Assembly: GCA_963834645.1 (NCBI GenBank)
Contig: CAWICP010000003.1
Span: 7,435 to 71,434, forward strand
Source: an uncultured Acidobacteriota bacterium
GTDB taxonomy: Bacteria > Acidobacteriota > Vicinamibacteria > Vicinamibacterales > JAKQTR01
Direction: 5' to 3'
DNA length: 64,000 bases
Shown: positions 9,731 to 17,433 of the stretch, in pieces
How positions within the stretch are numbered: the stretch's first letter is position 1
Layout of the letters: each line of letters starts with the position of its first letter
Notes under the pieces: model-generated
Seen by the model: the letters and a program-made list of their open reading frames with translations, nothing else
Database searches by the model: none
What the model was told of the DNA's origin: nothing
Program-made: the position numbers and the translations under genes

Positions 9731-11483
9731 CCCGCAAGGCCGCTCGCACGGGGCGCCGCCGCCCCGAGCCGCCGACGCTCAGCGGCGCCCGGATCGTCTG
9801 GGAGTGCCTCACGCGGGAGCGCGTCACCCACGTGTTCGGGTATCCGGGCGGCGCGATCCTGCCCGTCTACGACGCGATGCCGGACTACCCCGTCCACCAC
9901 GTCCTGGTGCGCCACGAGCAGGGCGCCGTGCACATGGCCGACGGCTTCGCGCGCGCCAGCGGCGGCGTCGGCGTCGCGATGGCCACCTCCGGCCCCGGCG
10001 CCACCAACATGGTGACCGGCATCGCCACGGCCATGATGGACTCCTCGCCGATCGTCTGCATCACCGGCCAGGTGTCGAGCTCGCTCATCGGCTCCGACGC
10101 CTTCCAGGAGACCGACATCACGGGCGTCACGCTGCCGGTCACGAAGCACAACTACCTGGTGACCGAGCGCGGACGAGATCGCGCCGGCGCTCCGCGAGGC
10201 CTTCTACATCGCGCGCGTCCGGCCGTCCGGGCCCGGTGCTCGTCGACATCACGAAGGACGCCCAGCAGGGCACGTGCCAGTTCGACTGGGCCGCCGCGGA
10301 GCCCAAGCCGCCCGGCTACCGGCCCGACCACCGGCCGCGCGCGAGCGACATCCGCCACGCCCTCGACCTGATCAACGGCGCGTCGCCGCCCCGTCATCCT
10401 CGCCGGCCACGGCGTGATCGCTCGGCGCGGCCGAGGATCTCCTGCAGGCGTTCGCCGAGCGCACCACGATTCCCGTGGCGATGACGCTGCTCGGCATCGG
10501 CGCCTTCCCGGCTCGCACCCGCTGAACCTCGGCATGATGGGCATGCACGGCGAGGCGTGGGTGAACAAGGCGATCCAGCAGGCCGACCTGCTGCGTCGCC
10601 CTCGGCATGCGCTTCGACGACCGCGTCACCGGCAAGCTGGCCGACCTACGCGCCGCAGCGCCAGGAAGATCCACGTCGACATCGATCCGGCCGAGATCAA
10701 CAAGAACGTCCAGGTCGACGTCGGGCTGATCGGCGACGTGCGCGAGGTGCTCGAGACGCTGCTGCCCGGCGTGGTGCCCGACGATCACTCGGCCTGGCTG
10801 GCCCGGATCGACGAGCTCAAGGGCGACGCGACGGCCCGCGACATCCAGAACCTGCCCGACGACGGGCACCTCTACGCGGCGCACGTCATCCACGACCTGT
10901 GGCACGCCACCGGCGGCGACGGCCGTCGTCGTCACCGACGTCGGCCAGCACCAGATGTGGGAAGCGCAGTACTACCAGCACGAGTCGGCCGCGCTCGCTC
11001 ATCACCTCCGGCGGCCTCGGCACCGATGGGCTTCGCCCTGCCGGCGGCCATCGGCGCCAAGCTCGCCCGCCCCGACGCCGAGGTCTGGGTGGTGGTCGGC
11101 GACGGCGGCTTCCAGATGACGATGGCCGAGCTCGGCGACCATGGTGCAGGAGGGCGTCAAGGTCAACATCGCCATCATCAACAACGGCTACCTCGGCATG
11201 GTGCGGCAGTGGCAGGAGTTCTTCTACGGCGCGCGCTACGCCGCGACGCCGCTGGTCAACCCCGACTTCGTCAAGCTGGCCGAGGCCTACGGCATCCGCG
11301 GCATCCGCGTGACGGAGCGTCGACGGCGTCATCCCCGCGGTCGAAGCGGCCTCGGCCGCACGACGGGCCCGTCCTGATCGACTTCCGCGTCGAAACAGGA
11401 CGACGCGGTCTACCCGATGGTCGCCGCCGGCGCTGGCCTCGACCAGATGATCCGGCGTCCGGCCCAGGAGGCGATCCGGATGA
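9727..11483 (+). pseudogene. ilvB: acetolactate synthase large subunit, about 15 frame changes as assembled
   Basis: ATGA overlap with the ilvD stop. Conserved segments are scattered over all three frames: [107 protein letters not shown], and [24 protein letters not shown] at 11481-11483 overlaps the ilvN ATG. Confidence 0.9.
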
Positions 11484-12059
11484 GCTCCACCTTCGTGGTG
11501 TACGTCGAAGACAAGCCCGGCGTGCTCAACCGCGTGGCCTCGCTCTTCCGCCGCCGCGCGTTCAACATCGAGTCGCTCACCGTCGGCCACACCGACACGC
11601 CGGGCGTCTCGCGCATGACGATCGTCGTCGACACCGACCGGGACGGCGCCCGGCAAGTCGAGGCCCATCTCTACAAGCTCGTCAACGTGCTTCGGGTCGA
11701 CGACGTGACGGCCACGCCGGCCGTGTACCGCGACCTCGCGATGATCAAGGTGCAGACCACGGCCGAGACACGCGTCGCACATCATGCAGCTCGTCGACGT
11801 CTACCGCGCGCGCATCGTCGACGTCTCGCCCGAGTCGCTGATCGTCGAGATCACCGGCACCGAGGACAAGATCGACAGCCTGCTCGACGTGCTGCGGCCC
11901 TACGGCGTCCTCGAGGTCGTGCGCACGGGCCGGGTGGCCATGGCGCGCGGCGCGGCCCGCACGCCGCGGGCGCGCCGCCCGTCGGCGGCGCTGCGGGGCC
12001 CGATGCCGAGGATTCCCCGCGACACCGGCCGCGCCGACACCGTGCGGCTGTCCGCCTGA
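11480..12059 (+). pseudogene. ilvN: acetolactate synthase small (regulatory) subunit, one frameshift near nt 11775
   Basis: AGGAGG precedes ATG 11480. The product starts MSSTFVVYVEDKPGVLNRVASLFRRRAFNIESLTVG (ACT domain) and continues in another frame as IMQLVDVYRARIVDVSPESLIVEITGTEDKIDSLLDVLRPYGVLEVVRTGRVAMARG. The Arg-rich last approximately 35 codons may be out of frame. Confidence 0.85.
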
Positions 12060-12101
12060 ACCAGGGTCTGACCCCGTAGACCGGCCTCAGCGAGGAGAAC
12101 A

Positions 12102-13136
12102 ATGGCGACGATCTACTACGACAAGGACGCGGATCTCGGCCTCATCACGAGGCGGAAAGTCGCGATCATCGGCTACGGGTCGCAGGGGCACGCGCACGCG
12201 CTGAACCTGCAGGACAGCGGCGCGACGGTGCGCCGTCGGCCTGCCGGACCGGCAGCCGCTCGCGCGAAAAGGCCGAGGCCCAGGGGCTCCGCGTCACGAG
12301 CGTCCCCGACGCCGCCGCCTGGGCGGACGTCATCATGGTCCTCGCGCCCGACACCCGGCAGCCGGCGATCTACGAGACCGGCGATCGCGCCGCACCTCAC
12401 GGCCGGCAAGATGCTGATGTTCGCGCACGGGTTCAACATCCGGTTCGGCACCATCGTGCCGCCGGCGGACGTCGACGTCACGATGGTCGCGCCGAAGTCG
12501 CCCGGGCACCGCGTCCGCGAGGTCTACCAGGAGGGCGGCGGGCACGCCGGCGCTGCTCGCCATCCACCAGGACGCCACGGGCCAGGCGAGGGCGGTCGCG
12601 CTCTCCTACGCGAAGGGCATCGGCGTCACGCGGGCCGGGGTGATCGAGACGACGTTCAGCCGAGGAAACCGAAACGGATCTCTTCGGCGAGCAGGCCGTG
12701 CTCTGCGGCGGCGTGAGCGCGCTCATCAAGGCCGGGTTACGAGACGCTCGTCGAGGCGGGCTACCAGCCGGAGATCGCCTATTTCGAGTGCCTCCACGAG
12801 CTGAAGCTCATCGTCGACCTCATCTACCGCGGCGGCCTGAACTACATGCGCTACTCGGTGAGCGACACCGCCGAGCACGGCGACTACACCGGCGGGCCGC
12901 GCATCGTCACCGACGAGACGCGGCGGGAGATGCGGCAGATGCTGGCCGAGATCGACGACGGCACCTACGCGAAGGCGTGGATCGCCGAAGATCGGGCCGG
13001 CCGGCCGCAGTTCACCGCCACGCAGCGGGCCGAGCAGCAGCACCCGATCGAAGCCGTCGGCGCCAGGCTGCGCGGCATGATGCCGTTCCTCGACGCCGTC
13101 ACGGTCGAGGCCGGGCAGCCGGCGGCGGCGCCCTGA
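12102..13136 (+). pseudogene. ilvC: ketol-acid reductoisomerase, at least 5 frameshifts as assembled
   Basis: Conserved segments lie in alternating frames: [83 protein letters not shown], and [23 protein letters not shown]. Confidence 0.9.
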
Positions 13137-13275
13137 CGCACCGGGCAGGTCCGCCGCATCAGGGAACATCCTCCGTGCCGCCTTCGTCATCAACCAGGTA
13201 CAGCGAAATCCAGTGGTTCGGAGTAGGCGGCTCTTGCACGGTCGGGGCGGTGGATACCGTCCGAGGAGGTTGTCC

Positions 13276-14031
13276 ATGAAGTCGTGGCTGACAGTCGTCG
13301 CCGTCGCGCTCGTGGCGTCGCTGGTCTGTGTACCGGTGGCGTCGGCCCAGACAAAGTGGGTGCGGGGAACGGTCGTGAGTGTCACCGGAGACACATTCGT
13401 GGTGAAGGCCGCTGGCAGCCAGACGACCTTCAAAGTCGACAAGGCCACTCGACTCGTCGCCCGCGGGGCGGGAAAGGCCCAGAGCCAGGCCGAGGCCGCC
13501 GGCGCCGCCGGCGTCAAGTTCGCGGACTTCGTGAAGCCCGGCGTCGGGGTGGAGGTCCACTATCGAGACGAGGGCGGCGTGCTGGTGGCCACCGACGTGC
13601 ACTCGGGGCTCCCGCCCACCGAAGGCGCGATGTCCGGGGAATCGGCGGGCGGCAGCGCGCGGGGCGCGATCTCGGCGGTTGGCGGGTCGTCGGTGAGCGT
13701 GAAGGATGGCGACAAGGACTGGACCTTCACCGTGGACTCGAAGACCCTGGTGGTGGGCGAGGGCCTCGGCACCATCACGAGGCAGTTCAAGGCTCAGGGC
13801 AAGGAGCCGACGGTTGCCGACCTGGTGGGCGTGAACGATCAGGTGATCGTGTACTTCAAGGACGCAGCGGGCTCGAAGCGGGCGAGCGAGATTCGCGTGC
13901 TCGCGCAAGGCCGCGAAGTAGCGGGTCCGACGGGCGTTCCGGCCGCGTCCTCGCGCGGCGGTGTTAGCATGGAAGGCGTCCGGAACGCCCATGAAGCCCG
14001 TCGAGTGCGACGTCTATCTCTGCTGCCGTGA
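13276..14031 (+). CDS. secreted protein with two copies of a beta-rich module (DUF5666-like); 3' end uncertain
   Basis: GAGGAGG precedes ATG 13276, and the signal peptide is [25 protein letters not shown]. Two repeated modules are present: [34 protein letters not shown] and [33 protein letters not shown]. The last approximately 15 codons overlap the next gene. Confidence 0.55.
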   Translation: MKSWLTVVAVALVASLVCVPVASAQTKWVRGTVVSVTGDTFVVKAAGSQTTFKVDKATRLVARGAGKAQSQAEAAGAAGVKFADFVKPGVGVEVHYRDEGGVLVATDVHSGLPPTEGAMSGESAGGSARGAISAVGGSSVSVKDGDKDWTFTVDSKTLVVGEGLGTITRQFKAQGKEPTVADLVGVNDQVIVYFKDAAGSKRASEIRVLAQGREVAGPTGVPAASSRGGVSMEGVRNAHEARRVRRLSLLP

Positions 14032-15118
14032 CGGCGAAGACCGGGGAATGGCCTCCGAGGTGGCCGCCGGCCTCGCGCGATTCGGCTTCAAGGTCTGCGT
14101 GTCCGGGCGCGACGCTCCCGCCGCGCCGGGGCCGGAACGGCTCGCGTCGATCGAAAAAGCGCCGGACTTCGTGCTGCTCTCCGCTCCCGCCTCGAGCGGG
14201 CCGGCGAGCGCGCGCGACGATCCGCGGGCCGCGGACTTCGCCCACGCCTTCAAGACCCGCCGGAACATCCTCGTGCTCGCGGACCCGGCGCACGCGGACC
14301 CTCTCGCCGCGAATGGCCTCCCGGGGCGGCCGAAGCTGGCGGCCTGGCAGCGGATCGCCTACGACCCGAAGCGGCCGCGGGAGTCGATCGCGCTTCTGGC
14401 GCACAGGCTCCTCAGTTCGTCCGAGGTCAACGACCGCCGTCTCATGCGAACCGCGAAGCGGGCGTTCATCGCCCTCGCCGTGGTGCTCGCCGTCGCCGTG
14501 GCGAGCCGGGCGGTGCCCCTGGCGGTGCGCTGGTGGAACCGGCCGGCGGCGGCGCAGCCGCTGCCCCGCTTCACGCTCTACTGGACCGCCGACGGGCAGC
14601 GCATGCAGAACGGCCAGTGGGCCGCGTTTCCCCTGACGGACGGCAGCGCCGTGACCGCCGGCGATCGGATCCGACTCGCGTTCAGCACCGGGAGCGATGG
14701 TTTCGCCTACGTCGTGACCAGGGATGCGCTGGGCGGCGTGTCGGTGCTCTTCCCCGGTGCCGCGGTGCGCGGGGCCAGCCGCGTCCGGCGGGGCGAGGCG
14801 CACGAGGCCCCGGCCGACGGCCGCTGGTTCACGGTGGATGCCCGGGCCGGCCTTGCGGCCATCTACCTGATTGCCGGACACGATCCGCTCGAGAACCTCG
14901 AAGAGCTCACCGAAGACGGCGACGGAAGCCTCACGCCTGGCGCACGCATGGAACTGCTGCATTCCACCGTCTCGGGCCTGCTCGACGGGAAGCGGACCGC
15001 GGTGCCTCGGCCGGTCCGCACGCGCACGGGCAGGGAGATTGTCGACGGCCTCGCTCCCGCCTCGCCGCCGTCTCTCTGGCCCGCGCGGGCCCGGTGGCGG
15101 CGCGGCCGCGGCCCGTGA
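13991..15118 (+). CDS. TIR-like domain / single TM helix / DUF4384 domain protein (may extend to 15188 if a terminal frameshift is corrected)
   Basis: The N-terminus [41 protein letters not shown]...APDFVLLSAP follows the TIR betaA-alphaA-betaB pattern. A TM helix (AFIALAVVLAVAVASRAVPLAV) is preceded by RRLMRTAKR. The C-terminal part GDRIRLAFSTGSDGFAYVVTRDALGGVSVLFPG...AAIYLIAGHDPL matches the DUF4384 signature. Confidence 0.6.
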   Translation: MKPVECDVYLCCRDGEDRGMASEVAAGLARFGFKVCVSGRDAPAAPGPERLASIEKAPDFVLLSAPASSGPASARDDPRAADFAHAFKTRRNILVLADPAHADPLAANGLPGRPKLAAWQRIAYDPKRPRESIALLAHRLLSSSEVNDRRLMRTAKRAFIALAVVLAVAVASRAVPLAVRWWNRPAAAQPLPRFTLYWTADGQRMQNGQWAAFPLTDGSAVTAGDRIRLAFSTGSDGFAYVVTRDALGGVSVLFPGAAVRGASRVRRGEAHEAPADGRWFTVDARAGLAAIYLIAGHDPLENLEELTEDGDGSLTPGARMELLHSTVSGLLDGKRTAVPRPVRTRTGREIVDGLAPASPPSLWPARARWRRGRGP

Positions 15119-15221
15119 GCCCGCGGTCCAGATCGGCCTGGCGAGCGTCGTGATGGAGCTGCGCCTCGGGCAGGTCGGCCGGGACTGACAGACGCTCGCC
15201 ATCGAGAGTAAGATCCGACGC

Positions 15222-16251
15222 ATGCTGGCGGTTTCCGTGCCTCCCGAGTGGGCAGACCTTCCCGACGAACAACTGCTCGACCTGCGCCTGTGCGACCTGC
15301 CCATCCGCATCGAGGGCAGCCTCCTCGACGCGCGCATCGGCGACCTCCGGGCCGAGTTGACGGGCCGCGGCCTCGACCTGCCGCTGCACTGTCTACCTGG
15401 CGGAGGAGTGGTTCACGCCGGACGGCGCCTCGTCCATGGCGGTCCCCTTCTACCTGGCGCACCCGCGCCTCGAGAAACTGGAAGAGTCCCAGATGCTCGA
15501 GGTGGAAGGCGGCGACTACGACTGGTGCATGCGGATTCTGCGGCACGAGGCGGGCCACCTCGTGGACAACATGTTCGCGCTGCGCCGCCGCCGCAACCGC
15601 CGCGAGATCTTCGGGCCGTCGTCGGAGCCCTACCCCGAGTTCTACGCGCCGAAGCCGTACAGCAAGAGCTACGTGCTCCACCTCGATGCCTGGTACGCGC
15701 AGAGCCACCCCGACGAGGACTTCGCCGAGACGTTCGCCGTCTGGCTGACGCCGGGCAGCGACTGGGCGCGCCGCTACGAGGGGTGGCCCGCCCTGCGCAA
15801 GCTTCAGTACATGGACCAGCTGATGGGCTCGATCGCCGGCACGCCGCCCCGCCTGGTCCGGGCCGACGAGGTGGACGGCCTCCGCCGAATCCGCCGCACG
15901 CTCCGCCAGCACTACCGGCGGAAGCGGCGGCACTACGGCGTGGACCGGCCGGACTTCTACGACCGCGACCTGCGCCGGCTGTTCTCGGACGCGCCCGAGT
16001 ACGCCGGCAACGTGACGGCCGCCGCCTTCGTGACGCGCATCCGCCGCCAGGTGCGGCGCCTGGTCGCCAGCTGGACGGGCATCTACCAGTACACGATCGA
16101 TCAGGTGCTCGAGGACATCATCGTCCGGTGCCGTGACCTCAAACTGCGGCTCTCGGTGCCCGAAGACACGGCGCGCCGCGAGTTCACCGTGCTGCTCACG
16201 GTGCAGGCCATGAACTTCCTGCACAGCGGGCGGCACCGGCTGGCGCTATGA
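15222..16251 (+). CDS. putative zinc metallopeptidase (HExxH; Peptidase_Mx / UCP012641-like), one frameshift near nt 15390
   Basis: ORF 15222 gives the N-terminus (WADLPDEQLLDLRLCDLPIRIEGSLL). ORF 15436-16251 gives PFYLAHPRLEKLEESQMLEVEGG..ILRHEAGHLVDN..WYAQSHPDEDFAETFAVWL. The joining segment VYLAEEWFTPDG reads in the second frame. Confidence 0.7.
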
Positions 16252-17264
16252 AGAAGCTGCGCATCCTGGCGCTCGTCCACAAGCACCTCGTGCCTCCCGA
16301 CGACACCGAGGGCGTCGACGTGGTGAACGCGGAATGGAAGATGGAATACGACGTGGACGTCACGCTCGAGGGCGAGGGGCACGAGGTGCTCATCGCGGGC
16401 GTCCACGACGATCTCACGCCCATCCGATCGTCGATCGACGAGTTCCGGCCGGATATCGTCTTCAACCTGCTCGAGGGGTTCGCCGACATCAACACGTTCG
16501 ACCAGAACGTGGTCAGTTTCCTGGAACTGCTGCGGATCCCGTACACCGGGTGCAATCCGCGTGGCCTCATCCTCGCCCGCGACAAGGCGCTCGGCAAGAA
16601 GCTGCTGACGTATCACCGCGTGCCGGTGCCGGACTTCACGGTGGTGCGGCGGGGGCACGCCGTCAGGCCGACGAAGCTGCGCTTCCCGCTCATCGTGAAG
16701 TCGCTGGTGTTCGAAGCGTCCATCGGCATCTCGCAGGCCTCCGTCGTCGAAAACCACGAGCAGCTCGTGCGACGGGTGCAGTTCGTCCACGAGAGCCTGG
16801 GCACGGCGGCGCTGGTGGAGGAGTTCATCGACGGCCGCGAACTCTACGTGGGCGTGATCGGCAACGAGCGCCTGCGCGCCTTCCCGGTCTGGGAAATGTC
16901 GTTCGCGCAGATGCCCGAGCGGACGTGGCACCTGGCGACCGAGCGGGTGAAGTGGAGCACCAAGTACCAGAAGAAGCACGGCATCATGACCGACCAGGCC
17001 GTGCTGCCGGAGGGCGTGGCCGCGCAGATCCAGCACACCGCGAAACGCGTGTACCGGGCGCTCGACCTGAACGGGTACGCGCGCATCGACTTCCGGATGG
17101 ATCACGACGGCCGGTTCTACGTGATCGAGGCGAACCCGAACCCCCAGCTGGCCTGGGGCGAGGACTTCGCCGAGTCCGCCGAGCGGGCCGGGGTGCTGTA
17201 TCCGGCGCTGCTCGAGCGCATCGTGTCGCTCGGCCTGGCCTGGCAGCCCGAGCGCGTGCGCTAG
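16248..17264 (+). CDS. D-alanine--D-alanine ligase-like ATP-grasp enzyme
   Basis: Intact 338-aa ORF whose ATG overlaps the upstream stop (ATGA). It has the ATP-grasp layout: LGKKLL..VPVPDF, FPLIVKS..EASIGISQASVV, ALVEEFIDGRELYV, and YARIDFRMD..GRFYVIEANPNP. Confidence 0.8.
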   Translation: MKKLRILALVHKHLVPPDDTEGVDVVNAEWKMEYDVDVTLEGEGHEVLIAGVHDDLTPIRSSIDEFRPDIVFNLLEGFADINTFDQNVVSFLELLRIPYTGCNPRGLILARDKALGKKLLTYHRVPVPDFTVVRRGHAVRPTKLRFPLIVKSLVFEASIGISQASVVENHEQLVRRVQFVHESLGTAALVEEFIDGRELYVGVIGNERLRAFPVWEMSFAQMPERTWHLATERVKWSTKYQKKHGIMTDQAVLPEGVAAQIQHTAKRVYRALDLNGYARIDFRMDHDGRFYVIEANPNPQLAWGEDFAESAERAGVLYPALLERIVSLGLAWQPERVR

Positions 17265-17268
17265 ACAT

Positions 17269-17313
17269 GGGACACCTTCCGTTTCCGCCAGCCGGTCCGG
17301 AAACGGAACGTGT
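17269..17313. repeat. REP-like palindromic element copy 1, probable terminator 4 nt after the ATP-grasp stop
   Basis: The left arm GGGACACCTTCCGTTTCCG and right arm CGGAAACGGAACGTGT are separated by a 10-nt loop. There is one C/G mismatch at the same arm position as in the second copy at 55726-55782. Confidence 0.7.
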
Positions 17314-17326
17314 AACCGCCCCCTTC

Positions 17327-17355
17327 TTGACAGTCCGGCGCCGCGCCAATAGAGT
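17327..17355 (+). promoter_or_regulatory. sigma70-like promoter candidate for the S46 peptidase gene
   Basis: TTGACA (17327-17332), a 17-nt spacer, then TAGAGT (17350-17355), about 80 nt upstream of ATG 17434. It is flanked by the inverted repeat TCTTGAC...GTCAAGA. Confidence 0.45.
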
Positions 17356-17433
17356 CAAGAGTTGCGCCTGTCTTCCCCGCCAGGGCACGGGTTTGATGCC
17401 GTCCGCCCCATGTGTTCATTAGAGGGTATCTTC

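Noticed and set aside
8065-13136. Programmed ribosomal frameshifting, or true pseudogenisation of the ilv operon
   Set aside because: There are too many shifts (about 20), with no slippery-site pattern, in both directions. The flanking peptide segments remain perfectly conserved and have no nonsense substitutions. Technical indels are far more parsimonious.
13964-16236. Two 457-aa minus-strand ORFs (13964-15337 and 14863-16236)
   Set aside because: Both are antisense to the TIR/DUF4384 and HExxH peptidase genes and have an Arg/Gly/Pro bias. The plus strand has clear motifs.
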